Source of the DNA: the human T2T-CHM13v2.0 reference genome, Homo sapiens
Reading direction: 5' to 3' (one strand)
Length of the DNA stretch: 64,000 nt
NCBI RefSeq assembly: GCF_009914755.1
Contig: NC_060947.1
Each line of letters opens with the position of its first letter. Within the stretch, counting starts at the first letter, position 1. Both the position numbers and the translations under genes were made by a program. The notes beneath the pieces were generated by a model. That model saw only the letters and a list, made by a program, of their open reading frames with translations. It searched no databases and was not told where the DNA came from. Shown here one piece after another: positions 36,081 through 50,890 of this stretch.

Positions 36081-39000
36081 TATTAATATTATTTGTCTTA
36101 ACTCCCTCTTACTATGATTTCTAAAATATATCATATATATAAAGTGTGCATTCCTCATAAGTGATTTACTTCTTTTCAGCTCAGTAGCAGTTAATTCCTT
36201 AAATTTGAATCACTGTAGAGCTTCGTTTCAGTCATTAAAATGACTGATCTGAATCAAGGTGTCTTCTTGTTAGGTTTTGTTTTTATCTGAACAAGCAATT
36301 TGGATCAATTAAGCAGTCATCTATTTGACCGTTTGACAACTGAGACTTGTTGTAATTAAAATAAACATCTCAGCTGTGTTTCTGGTCAATCTTGCACAAT
36401 ATCCAACATTATTTTACTGATTTTTTTCTTCTGAAGAGAGTTAAAATGTACATGATGAAAATAACAAAATATAAGGTAAGAGACTTTTATATTATATTCT
36501 ACAATATGTATGTCTTGAAGAAATAAAAAAGGCATTTTAGATCAGCAAACATATTCCAAAATATTAAAAAATCACCAAATGAGGTGGAAATCTTTCAAAG
36601 TCAGGGGAAAATATACTGTTGGATAGTCAACTATGAAGATCAAGCAAAGCCACAAACAAACATATAAATGATTATAGATAAGAACTGGAAAAAAGATGGG
36701 AAAGGGTTAATGAAGAGCTAGAATTCAAAGTAAGTGTGTGAAACTGACATTAAATACAACTAAATTTTACCTCATATGACATATATGATTACCATATCAG
36801 TAAGAGCCTGGCCTCGGCAAAATCTGTGGCACAAACAAAAGTCTTCTGTGGCCTCCACTGCTTCTTTTACACAAACTCTTAAGTGTTTGTACTACTCTTT
36901 AAATCCTTTATGCCTTTATATGGACTTGTGGCTTTTGAATATATCATAACTTCTTAGGATATGATTTACAATGTTGTCTTCTTCTCCCTCTTTTTGGGGA
37001 AAATACTTATTTTACTTGTTCATTATGGAAAACTTTTAACCTACACAAATGTGGACAGATGAACATAAAATGAACTCAGGTACCCATTCTCCAGCATTAA
37101 AAACCATCACTCTATGGCAAATCCTTCGCCACCTACACACTATCTACTCCCTTTCCCATCTGTAAAGTCTTCAGTCTACATATACTTAGATATATGTTAT
37201 ACCGTTGAGATGTATTTTTAAAACCCAGTCACAATACTATTTTTGCACCTAAAATAAAAAGTAGTTCATTAGTACCACCAAACATCCAGTTAGTATTCAA
37301 AATTAGAACTGATTTATACCTTTTTTCACATTTAATTTAATAAATATGTAAATAATGCCTATGTATTATAATAATGGATATGTATGTTATGCTCTTCTAA
37401 TCTATACATTTTGCCTTCATATTTTCTGGCCATTTCTCCCACCATTCAATAATAGAATAGTTAGACACTAAGTGTCAAATCCTATGGAAAGCTAATCTTT
37501 CTAATTTGACTTGTGGCTTCTAATCATTAGAAAAGCATGGCAAATTGGACACTGACACCCTCATTTTCTCTTGCCTAATACTGTATTTCAAATATAGGGT
37601 TCTGTGACTACAAATTCCGCATTTTTTTTTTTGCATCATACCATGAACCTTTCCATTTTATCCCAAAGGAACACAAAGGTACCATCATCTATATTTTTAC
37701 TGCTTTTTTCCCTTGCCATGCGGTTTTCTGTCACAACCATGCTATTCATCAGACAAAGGAGAATCTAATTCATTTCTTAAGATAAATTAATACCTGTGAA
37801 GAGCTTAATGAAAACTTGGATATGGAGTGGTACATAACATGCACCATTATGGATTAATTAATAACAAGTCAACTCAAACTCACCTCATTTCATAATTTTG
37901 ACAGGGTCTAATTTTACTTGAGTGGTGGATGAGGGGAAGAGCACAGAAAGATAGCACATGAACTTTATTAAGAAATGTTATAAAACCTCTCACAGTATTC
38001 TTGTGGCAGTGATAAAGAATTGGAGGTTGTATGTTAGTAAATTTATTTAAATTCAAAGAGTCAAGACAAATAAAATAAAAAAATATCTCAGGAGATAGGA
38101 GGCAAGATGGCTGACTAGACACAGCTGCAAGCAACATCTGCCACTGAGAGACCATGACAACAGGAAGGCTGGAGCACTCCTAGCAGATCTTCAGAATGGT
38201 GGCATGGAGAATGGACTGAGGGAAGACACAGATGCTGGGCTGAAGTCAGGGGAAACTAGGAACCCTGAACAAGGCTACCACCACTCACTGGAACTCATTT
38301 CTAGCCCCCAGTGACTCCTGGGAAGAAGTGAGTTGAGAAGACAAGAAGCAACCTGCCATGTGGAGCAACCACTGGCACCAAACTGCCAGTGTCCCTGGGG
38401 GCTGTGGAGACTCTTGCTGACAGGATTCCAGAGGTCCGTGGTCCTGCAAGCAAGAGACTCCACAATCCCCAAGGAAACTGGAGCTGGCAGGGAAAGCTGT
38501 TTAAATAATAGGTAGGGGCAGAAATCCAGCAGGTGCGAATCCCAGAGGTTTCGGTGTGAAAGCATCTCTAGTAAAGCATAGCCGGGGCGCCTATTCTCTA
38601 GGCTTGACTCTCTCCCATAAGAGACTTTAGTCCTAGGGCACCTGTTGGACCTGAACTCTTCAAGGCGGTTTTGCACAAGACGAGGCTGGTCTGACCTGAG
38701 CAACCCTCAGTCTGCTGGCCTCTCCCTGGGCCCCAGCCTGGCCATACCTGCTTGCAGGGCAGCCTTGGATGACCAAGTGGGGTACCACTTGGGGGCCCAC
38801 ATCATATTGCCTGATGTAACAGACCATACTGGACCAGTGAAGAGCTCTAGTAGAGTGCACCTGCAGATGCACACCAGCCAACCCAGGCCCTCCCCTCACC
38901 ACAGCCTTCCCTGAGCCACTTTGCATGTATGCACTCTTCCACGGCAACTGCCCAACTGTACTGCCATTGCTGTTGGAACATTCACAGGCATGGAGACCAT

Positions 39001-41832
39001 CAGCCACATGCTGGCCAGCACCCAGAACCTGCGCTGCTGGCAAGAAGCCATGCAGGGACACCAGTGGACCCACCCCATCCCTAGCAGCAGCTGCCACCCA
39101 TGTGAATGTACACATGGAGGGCACACTCAGTCATTTGCCTAACAGCACCCTGCCCGATGCTAACACCACTGCCAATGCAAATGTGTGCTGGAATGCTGGT
39201 GGAGCCCCTCCCCTCTCCCATGCCATGCTGCTACCACTGCTGTTGTGAATGCCAGCATGGAAGCTGGCACCACTGCATCTACCAGTACCCTGATGCAGCT
39301 GAGAAGCATGCAACCAATGGTGCTGCCACTGCTGGTGGCATGTACAAATGAGGACGGATCCCGCTGCCACCACCCTAAGAAGCACAGTGGCTGGCACCAC
39401 CCATTGGAGTGTTGTGGCCAGCAGTCAGGAACAACATGGCCCCTTCAGTGCTGCAGGTTCCTTAACACCAGGGGGAAACAGAACAAAGCCAGGGGCCTGA
39501 CACCAGCCCTCCAGAGTTAGAACACGCAGTTTACGAGTCCTGAAACGAGCCTTGCCCCCACTAAAATCCTCCAGAAGCAAAGCCAATCAAATGAACCGAC
39601 ATTATACCACAATCAAACCCCCAGGACCATTGAAATATGTTTTTCAAGTTGCTTGGTTTCTCTCTCTGTCTCTTGAATACAACATACTGCTGGGTCTTGC
39701 CACACTGTGCCATTTAATTGGGGTATTTATCCAATTTATATTCAAAGTTAGTATTGATATGTGTAAATTTGGTCCTATCATCATGATAAAGCTACTGACC
39801 CAAAGATCAGTAGCTTTAAAGATTGAAGAAACATTAGCCAAAAAAGATGAGAAAGAACTAGCACAAGAAATCTGGAAACTCAAAAATCCAGAGTGTTTCT
39901 TACCTCAAAAGGACAGCACTAGTTTCCTAGCAATGGTTCCTAACCAGGCTGATAGCTAAAATGACAGAAATAGAATTCAGAATGTGGTTAGGAATGAAGA
40001 TCATTGAAATACAGGAGAAAATTGAAACTGAATTCAAGGAATCCAAGGATTACAAATAAAGACACAGGAACTGATGGACAAAATAGCAATTATAAGAAAG
40101 AATGAAACTGAGCTGTTAGAGCTGAAAAATACTCTACAGGAATTTCATAATGCAATTGTAAGTATTAACAGCAGAGTTGACCATGCTGAGGAAAGAATAT
40201 CAGGGTTTGAAGACTGGCTGTCTGAAATAACTCAGTCAGAAGGAAATAAAGAAAAAACAATAAAGAATGAGCAAAACTTCTGTGAAATATATGATTATGT
40301 AAACATAACCAATCTATGATTCCTGGGTTGCCTGAGGGACAGAGAGAGAAACCAAGAAACTTGAAAAACACATTTCAGGATATTGCTCATGAAAATTTTC
40401 TCAACTTCACCAGAGAGGCAAACATTCAAATTCAGAAAATGCAGAAAACCCCAGAAAAATACTACACAAAAAGACCACCCCAAAACACACCGTTATCAGA
40501 TTCTCCAAAGTTGAATTTTTTTTTAAGTGCAGGTCACTTACAAAGGGAACATCATCAAGCTAACAACAGACATATAATCATGAACCCTACAAGCCAGAAG
40601 AGCTTGGAGACCTATACACAGCATTCTTAAATAAAAGAATTTTTTACCAAGAATTTCACATTTGGACTAACTAAGCTTTATAAACGAAAGAGAAATAAGA
40701 TCCTTTTCAGACAAGCAAATACTAAGGGAATTTGTTATGACCAGACCTGCAATATAAGATCTCCTGAAGGAAGCACTAAATATGGAAAGAAAAGACCATT
40801 ACCAGCCACTCTAGAAACACACTGAAGTATACAGACCAGTGACACTATAAAGCAACCACACAAACAACTTTGCATAATAACCGGCTAATATCATGATGAC
40901 AGGACCAAATTTACACATATCAATACTAACTTTGGATATAAAATTGGATAAATACCCCAATTAAATGGCACAGTGTGGCAAGACCCAGCAGTATGTTGTA
41001 TTCACGAGACCTATCTCACATGCAATGACTCCTATAGGCTCAAAATAAAGAGATGGAGAAAAATTTACCAAACAAATGAAAAACAGAAAAAAGCTGGAGT
41101 TGCAATCCTAATTTCAAACAAAACAGACTTTGAACCAACAAAGATCAAAAAAAGACAAAGAAGGGCATTACATAACAGTAAGGGGTTCAATTCATAAAGA
41201 AGACCTAACTACTAAATATATATGCACCCAACACGGAAGCACCCAGATTCATAAAGCAAGTTATTAGAGACATTCAAAGAAACTTAGACTTTCACACAAT
41301 AATAGGGGGAGATTTCAACATCCCATTGGCAGTATTAGAAAGATCATTGAGGCAGAAAACTGACAAATATATGCAGGACCTAATCTTAACACTTGAGAAA
41401 ATGGACCCAACAGACATCTACAGAACTCTCCACCTAAAAACAACAGAATATACATTCTTCTCATCTGCACAAAGCACATACTATACAATTGAGCACAAAA
41501 TTGGGCATAAAACAAACTTCAAGAAAAAAAAAACGAAATTATACTAGACACACTCCTGGACCAGAGTGCAATAAAAATAGGAATCAATGCTAAGAAAATT
41601 ACTCAAAACTATACAACTGTGTGGATACTAAACAACCTCCTCCTGAATCACTTCTGAGAAAATAATGACATTAAGGCAGAAATCAAGAAATTCCTTGAAA
41701 CTAATGAGCCAAGATACAACATGCCAGAATCGCTGGGACACAGCCAAAGTAGTGTTAAGAGGAAAGTGTATAGCACTAAATGTCTGCATGCAAAAACTAC
41801 AATGATCTTAATTTAACAAGATTTGTTCATTG

Positions 41833-41958
41833 ATTTCTTGTTTTCTACTAGGTTTGGGGTTAGTTTGCTCTTGTTTATTTGGTTCCTCTAACACCACATC
41901 TAGAAGAACCAAATAAACAAGAGCAAACTAACCCCAAATCTAGTAGAAGACAAGAAAT
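41833..41958. repeat. Long inverted repeat (58-bp arms, 10-nt spacer)
   Basis: 41833-41890 is the reverse complement of 41901-41958 at 55/58 positions. Confidence 0.95.
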
Positions 41959-44229
41959 AACCAAAATAAGACCTGAACTGAAGGATATTGAGATGTGAAA
42001 AACCATACAAAAGATTAATGAATCCAGGAGTGCTTTCTTTGATAGAATTAATCAGATAGTTAGACTAAAGAAGAGAAAAAGAGAGAAGATCCAAAGAAAC
42101 ACAATAAGAATGGCAAAAGGGATGTTACCACTGACCCCACAGAAATACAAAAAAAAGAAATTAGAGAACATGATGAACACCTCTATGCACACAAGCTTGA
42201 AAACATAGAAGAAACAGATAAATTCCTGAAAACATACAACTTCCCAAGATTGAACCAGGAAGAAATTGAATCCCTGAACAGAACAGCAATGAGTTTTGAA
42301 ATTGAATCAGTAATAAATAGCCTACTAACCAGAAAAAGCCAAGGGCTAGATGGATTCATAGCCAAATTCTACCAGATTTGTAAGGAAGAGCTGGTACAAT
42401 TACTACTGAAACTATTTCATAAAATTGAGGAGAAGAGACTCCCTTTTACCTCATTCTATTCAGCCAGTATCATCCTAATACCAAAACCTGGAAGAGACAC
42501 AACAAAAAAAGAAAACTTAAGGCCAATATCCTTGATGAACACAGATGCAAAATCCTCAACAAATGACTAGCAAATGAAATAAAACAGCACATCAAAAACG
42601 TAATCTACCATGATTGAATAGGCTTTATCCCTGGATGCAAAGTGCCTTCAACATATGTAAATCAATACATATTATTAACTACATAAACAGAACTAAAGAC
42701 AAAAAAATTATCATCTCAATAGATGTAGAAAAGGCTTTCATTAAAATTCAACATCCCTTCATGTTAAAAAACCCTCAACAAACTAAGCATTAAAGGAACA
42801 TGATTTAAAATAATGAGAGTAATCTATGACAAACCCATAGCACACATCATACTGAATGGACAAAAGCTGGAAGAATTCCCCTTGAAAATCAGCACAAGAC
42901 AAAGATGCCTTCTCTCATCACTCCTACTCAACATCGTACTGGGAGCCCTAACCAGAGAAATCAGGCAAGAGAAAGAAATAAAAGGCAACCAAATAGGGAG
43001 AGAGGAAGTCAAACTATTCCTATTTGCAGATGATATGATTCTATACCTAGAAAACCTCATAGTATCTGACCAAAAGCTCCTTGATCTGATACACAACTTC
43101 AGCGAAGTCTCAGAATACAAAATTAATGTGAAAAAAATCAGTAGCATTTCAAAACACCAACACCACCCAAGCTGAGTGCCAAATCAAGAGTGCTATTTCA
43201 TTCACGATAGCCACAAAAAGAATAAAATACCTAGGAATACAGCTAACCATGAAAGTAAAAGACCTCTTCAATGAGAATTACAAAACACTGCTCAAAGAAA
43301 TCAGAGATGACACAAAGAAATGGAAAAACATATCATGCTTGTGGATAGGAGGAATCAATATCATTAAAATGGCCATAGTACCCAAAGCAATTTAAGATTT
43401 AATGATATTCCTATTAAAATACCCATAACATTCTTCACAGAATGCAATACAATCCTTAACAAAAACAGCAAAGGTGGAGGAATCACATTACCCAACTTTA
43501 AACTATCCTATAAGGCTACAGTAATAAAAACAGCATGGTACTGGTACAAAAGCAGACATTTAGACCAATGGAACATAGCAGAAAGCCCATAAATAAGGCC
43601 ACACAACTACAACCATCTGATCTTTGACAAAGCCGACAAAAACGAGCAACAGGTAAAGGACTCCCTATTCGGTAAATGGTGCTGGGATAGCTGGCTAGCC
43701 ACATGCAGAACACTGAAACTGTATCCCTTTCTTACACCACATATGAAAATTAACTCAAGATGGATTTGAATACAACCCTTAAAAGTAAAACCAAAAACTA
43801 TAAAAACCTTGGAATATAACCTAAGAAATACCATTCTGGATATAGGACCTGGCAAAGACTTCATGACAAAGATGCCAAAAGCAGTTGCAACAAAAACAAA
43901 AATTGACAAATGAAACCTAATTAAACTAAAGAGCTTTTGCACAGCAAAAGAAACTATCAACAGAGTAAACAGACAACCTACAGAATGGGAGAAAATATTT
44001 GCAAACTGTGTATCTGACAAGGTCTAATATCACGAATCTATAAACACAAAATTTACAAGCAAAAAACAAACATCCCCATTAAAAAGTGGGCAAAGGACAT
44101 GAATAGACATTTTTCAAAAGAAGACACACATTTGGCCAACAAGCATATGAAAAAATACTCAGCATCATTAATCATCAGAGAAGTGCAAATCAAAACCACA
44201 ATGAGATACCATTTCACACCAATCAGAAA

Positions 44230-44290
44230 TTAGGTTGGTGCAAAAGTAATTGCATTTTGGCAAAACCGCAATTATTTTGCACCAACATAA
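44230..44290. mobile_element. MADE1 inserted in L1 ORF2
   Basis: ttaggttggtgcaaaagtaattgc...gcaattattttgcaccaacataa, a near-palindromic pair of mariner ITRs. Confidence 0.9.
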
Positions 44291-46915
44291 TTTTTAAAAT
44301 TTGAAAAATAACAGATGCTGATGAGGTTGTGGAGAAAAGGGAATGCTTGTGCACTGCTGGTGGAATTTTAAACTGGTTTAGCCATTGTGGAAAACAGTTT
44401 GGCGATTTCTCAAAGAACTTAAAACAGAATGACCATTTTTACACAGCAATCCCATTACTGGGTACATACCCAAAGGACTATAAATCATTCTACCATAAAG
44501 ACACATACTTGCATATATTCATCATAGCATAGAGGCGCTTTGCCTGATACCTGTATTTGAACAGCTGTCAGCTCTCCAAGCCTATTGTGTACAGTATAAC
44601 ATAAATTTGGGGTGGAGTTTAGCTGTTTCCTAATTAGATGTAAAAGGTGCCTTTTTGTCTTGCTGAAGGAGAGGAAGGGGCTAAAGCCTGTGTGGCTATG
44701 GTACATGGGAAAAGAGGGACTATTTTATAATGTTCAGTTTCTCAATCATAATAAAGTCTTTATAAGCTTAGGTTGGCCGGTTAAATATGCCAGGGCAACC
44801 TGGAAGTGGAGGATAGTAGCAATTCTGCACATACACAACAGTTTGATTATGTAGAGAGGCAAAAGTCTTACCCACTCAGCAAATCACACAGCATCTATGT
44901 GATTCCAACTTATATCCAAAAGTAGAATGCCAATCCATATCTTTATGTTACCCATCCTTGTTGTTTCTTATGAACAGGAGCCAGAGGTCAATTGTTGGCT
45001 CACAGGAATGAGTGGGATCAGTCTCTTGTGTTCCGTCAGCCTGTGAGGCTGCATAAGAGACAGGTTTAATTAGAGACAATTAGACTCAGCTGTTTATTCC
45101 TGTAAGTTTAACTGCATTTGGGGTACTAGGAGAACTTGATAGGGTCCCTTCCATTTTGGGGAAAGTTGATCTGTTGGGGATTCTTCCTTGCAAATATTCC
45201 GTAGGAACCAATCTCTTGGCTGGTTTATAAAAAGATTCTCTTCCTTAGTAGGGGAAGGGATTCTTTGGTTTCCATGTTCAAGGAGTGGCTTTTGCACTTG
45301 TCCTAAGTTGATTACATAATTTTGTAGCTTGAAAGTATCTATGTCTATAAGGATATCTGTAGTTGAGAAAGGCCATACATACATTATGGCCAAAGGGCTG
45401 AGCTGCAGATTTTTGGGGAAGGGATCCCACACTCATAACAAGGCTACAGGCAATAGAGACAGCCAGATTTCTGATGTTTCCTGGCATAGGTTAGCAACAG
45501 TCCTTTTTAGAGTTTGATTGGTTCTTTCTACTTTCCCTGAAGACTGTAGCCTCCACAGTGAATGAAGGAAGTACTGAATTCCTGGGGCTGAAGATACATT
45601 TTGGGTAATTGTCACTGTGAAAGATGGGCCATTATTGCTCTGCAAGCTCTTAGGCAGCCCAAATTTAGGACTTTTTTCCTTTAATAAGAGTTAGAAACTT
45701 CATTTGCTTTCTCACACCCAATAGGAAAAGACTCCATCCAACTGGTAAAGGTGCCAATGAATACTAATAAATATGTAAACCCTTTACATGGGGGCATCTG
45801 AGTATAGTTTACTTGCCAATTTTCACCAGGGTACATTCCCCTGTGCTTAACAGGTCTTACTAGAGGAGGAGGTAAAGATTGGTTATTCAGGTTATCCTGG
45901 GCAGAGTTCACAGGTCTGAGTTACCTGCTTTACTGTTTTAAGAAAGCTTTTTGCTATAAAAGGATGAGAGATTAATTGAAACAGAGAATCTTCCCAAATG
46001 AGTAGAGTCATGCAAATACTTAACTATTTTTTCTTGATTAGCACCCAGAATCAACAGTTTGTTGTCATTGATAAGCCAGTCAGCAGGATCTTGAATTCAA
46101 CCCTGATCTTTAGCCCATTCTTGTTCCTCTTTAGTATATCTCCATTCTGTCATTACTGGGGTGGTGAGCACTAACATGCCCACAAGTCTAACTGGCTCCT
46201 TCCGTGCAGCTGCCGCAGCATCTGCAAAGGAGTTTCTCTTTGCCACACTAGGGTCTCCTTTATGATGCCCTCTGCAATGGATTACAGCTACTTCCTTGGG
46301 CAGCAAAACAGCATCTAATAGATTTAAAATTTCCCAGTCACATTTTACAGGAGAACCCTTAGCGGTTAGGAGTCCCCTTTCTATCAAGCTGGAAGCTTGA
46401 GCATGAAGTACCAGAAAGGAATACCTAGAATCAGTGTAAATGTTAATTCTTAAGTCCTTTCCCAATTGCAGTACTCTAATAAGAGCTTTTAATTCTGCCT
46501 TTTGAGCCAAGGTAGAAGCTAGTAAAGACTGAGATTCAATTACCTCATGTTGACTGACAACTACATACCTACTTTTTCTGTTTCCCTGGTGCACAAAACT
46601 ACTTCCGCCTATAAACAATTCTACCTCAGAATTATCTAGAGGCTTTTCCTTTAAATCTGGCCAGCCAGAATAAGCTTGCTCCATAACTTGTATACAAAGT
46701 GATCTAGGGTGGCTGTGGGCTCAGGAAGAAAAAGTAGCTGGATTTAAAGTCTGGTAGACTTTTGAGTTACATCAGGAGTGTCTAGCAACAAAGCCTGATA
46801 TTTCAATAAGCGTCCCACAATTTATTGGCTTCATCTACCAAAAGAGCAGTTGGGGCAACTGCCCTGAGACATCTAGGCCATCCTGAAGCTATGTGGTCTA
46901 ATTGTTTAGAAAAAC

Positions 46916-47252
<337 letters not shown>

Positions 47253-47955
47253 ATAAGCTATTGGTCAGGGGATATTTTCCAGTTTCTTGACAAAGACACC
47301 CAGGAGGGTTCCTTGCTTTTTAGCCACATAGAAGAAAAAAGACTTATCAAGATTAGGAATCCCTAGGGCTGGAGCTGGAGCTGATCCTGATTTCCCATTG
47401 AGAGCATTAAAAGCATGTTTACAATTGCTATCTCATTCAAAATTATCTAGATCTGCTCCTTTCGGGGCCTCATTTAAAGGCTTGGCCATATGCCCAAATC
47501 CAGGCACTCATAAATGGCAGAATTCTACTATCCCAAGGAAAGCCCACAGCCACTTTCTAGTTTGGGGTTTTTGAATGCCCCGGATAGCTTCCCTTCATTC
47601 TGGGGCTATTGCTCAGGTGCCAGAATTTAGGACATATCCTAAGTATTTAACCTCTCTAGTTAAAATATAGGACTTATACAATGATACCTTATACCCACTA
47701 GTTCCCAGAAAAGTTAGCAACTTAATGGTGTTTTCATCTGAGTCTCTTTTAGTTGGACTAGCAACAAATACGTCATCCATACATTGGATAATAGTGTTCT
47801 TATTCATTTGTAACATCCTTAATTCTCTAGCCAATGCATTAGACTGTCCCTAACCCCTCGGTAAGAACTGTCTAAGTTAATTGAGAAACCAAATGACTAT
47901 CAGGATCAGTCCATTCAAATGCAAAGATAAATTGCAAATCAGGGTATACTGGAAT

Positions 47956-47957
<2 letters not shown>

Positions 47958-48005
<48 letters not shown>
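47958..48005. repeat. Poly(A)48 run within the ERV RT coding motif
   Basis: 48 consecutive A. The minus strand reads LDLKDV-F15-CIP. Confidence 0.95.
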
Positions 48006-48006
<1 letters not shown>

Positions 48007-50512
48007 ATCTTTAAGATCTAAGACTATAAACCATTTGGCATCCCCAGAGATCTGGGCTAACAGCCTGTAGGGATTGGACAGAATAGGATGTATGGGAATG
48101 ATAGTCTCATTGATAGCTTGAAGATCTTGAACAAATCTGCAGTCTTCATTTGGCTTTTTAACTGGCAAGATTGGCATATTTACAAGGAGACTCACAGGAC
48201 CTTAACAACCTGAATTGCAAAAACTTAGCTATTAATGGTTGGATCCCTTTTTGTGCCTCCGGCTTTAAGGGGTATTGTCTCTTCCAGGGGTATGGGACAT
48301 CAGGCTTAAGTTGAATGCAAACTGGGGGGATTTTAAAGTTTTGCTTGGAACCTCAGTGTCTCATACACCAGGATTTACTTGGGAGGTTATTTCATTAGGT
48401 AAGGTAGATAAGTCACCTACTGACCTTTCTCCCTTTTCACAGGAGAGGAGAAAGAGCAATCTCTCATCTGCCTTGTGATTTCCAAAAGGTACCACTGTTT
48501 GCAGCTGAGTCAACAAATATCTTCCCCCAAAGGAGGTGGGACATTCAGGCCTGATAAGAAAGGCATGTGAGAAAGCCAAAGTTCCTGAAGAGCAGCTTAA
48601 AGGATAGGTAAAATAATGTCTATGAGCTTGTTAATCTATACCTGTGACCATATAGTTTTCGGTGACAGGCCTGTTATTATAGGTCAAAACAGAGTAAACA
48701 GTTCCTGTATCCAGTAGTAAGTGAATATTCTTACCTGCCACTTCAAGGGTAACCAGAGATTCCTCCAGAGATATGACTAGTTGCCAAACCTGAGCTGTTG
48801 TCCAATTGGAAGCTCTTGGGTTCCGTCACTCTTGGGCTTGCTTAACTATTTCTGCCATCATTGGTTCAGGTGCCAACAGCTCCATTCAGAGTGCTGAGCA
48901 TTCCCTCTTTCAATGGCCAATTTTCTTACATTATGCACAATGATCTATGCCCAAGGCACAGTGACTTGGATGTCAAGCTTTAGGTTTTCCACCTTTTTGC
49001 TTCCTTTGTTCAGACCAAGAGCCAGAAGAAACCTTATGTGGAAGATGAGCTTAAGGTTACAGCCAAGAGCTACACCTTGTGGGAGGTTCTTTTTTGCTCT
49101 TTCTGCTTCCTTTGTTCTGTTATTAAAAGCTTTAAATGCCATATCCCAAAGCAAATTAATAGGAGTCTGGGGACCCATAGCTGGTTTTTAAAGTTTCCTA
49201 TAGATATCAGGGTAGACTGGGTTATAAAATGTACTCCCAAAAATGTCTGTCCTTCCCTTGAGCCAGAATCAGTGTTAGCATATTTTCTAATTGCCTCAAC
49301 TAAATGCCCTTGGAACAAAGTGGGATTCTCATCTTTACCCTGAGAAACTTCCTTAATCTTTTCATGGTTAACAGGCTTTTTCATATACTTCTTCATCCCT
49401 TACAATGAACAAGTGACCATATAATTTCTCCTCCCCAGGTCCTCACTGCCACTTTGATAGTTCCATTCTGAATCTTGATCTGGAACTGTTGCATCCTTTG
49501 CTGGATATATATTATGGTTAGGGTTATGAGCCAATACCTCATCTGCATGGGTCCTAGCTGGTCCCAAACACAGTGTTTCTCTCCTACTGTACAACACAGA
49601 GATGACAAAATATGCAGATCCTGGCAAGTTAAACTATAGGTAAGAGTTAATTTTTCAAACTCGTCTAAGAATTTTCCTGGATCTTCAGAGAAATGACCAA
49701 ACTTCTGTTTACATAAAGCCAAATCAGACATAGAAAAGGGGGCATATATTCTTACAGTGCCTTCTTCCCTGTTCGCCACCACTCTATGTGGACAAAGATT
49801 TCCTTTTGGAGGTTGATAAGAGGCTCCACTATGAGTAGTACTTGCAGGGCTATGTTCCTCAGGGTGTGGTGAGTATAGAGTGGGACTAAATGGGTAAGGA
49901 GGAGGAGACAAAGGGGTCACAATAGAACTTTCAGATGGACTAGAGGGAGAAAGGGCTGATGCACCTGAAACTTCAGAGCTGACAGAAGGAGGCTCTGCTC
50001 CACCCAAAAATGCCTGCTGAACTGTGGGGGCTTACATCAAGGGATCTTCTAGTATGCCTATTTTTTTCCCCTTTCCGCTAATCAAACATGCACACACTTG
50101 TTGCAGGGTTTTATCCTGTCTGAGCAGCAAAAATGCTTGAACATATGGTATTTCATCCGATTTTCCCTCCTGCTTACAAAACAAATCAAATTGAAGTATA
50201 GTATTAAAGGCCATAGTTCCAGTAGGTGGCCATTTTTCTTCTTTTCCAAATAGTATCGAGGCCAGACAGTATTACATAGAAACACCAATTTCCTCTTTTT
50301 AAGCCCATTTAGTTTAAACTGGTCCCAACATTCAAGAATACATTTTAGCAGTGAGTCCTTTGGGATTGATGATGTGGTTCCCATGAAGGAGGGAGGTGAT
50401 GCTGAAAGAAAAGTTCCAAATCTTGTATTGTCACTGGCCAAGTTCCACTAAAAAGGATACGGGAGGTTTTAAGGCCAGCTGCATTAATGAGGGGATCCCT
50501 GCTGAAAACTGA

Positions 50513-50890
<378 letters not shown>

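Larger units (their letters stand above)
38090..44530 (+). mobile_element. L1PA15/16-like LINE-1 with an intact 5' end, truncated at the 3' end, inactive
   Basis: 5' end 'ggagataggaggcaagatggctgactagac' and a 5' UTR homologous to the 8258 copy. ORF1 and ORF2 fragments ([12 protein letters not shown]; [24 protein letters not shown]). It stops at 44530, before the 3' UTR and poly-A. Confidence 0.92.
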
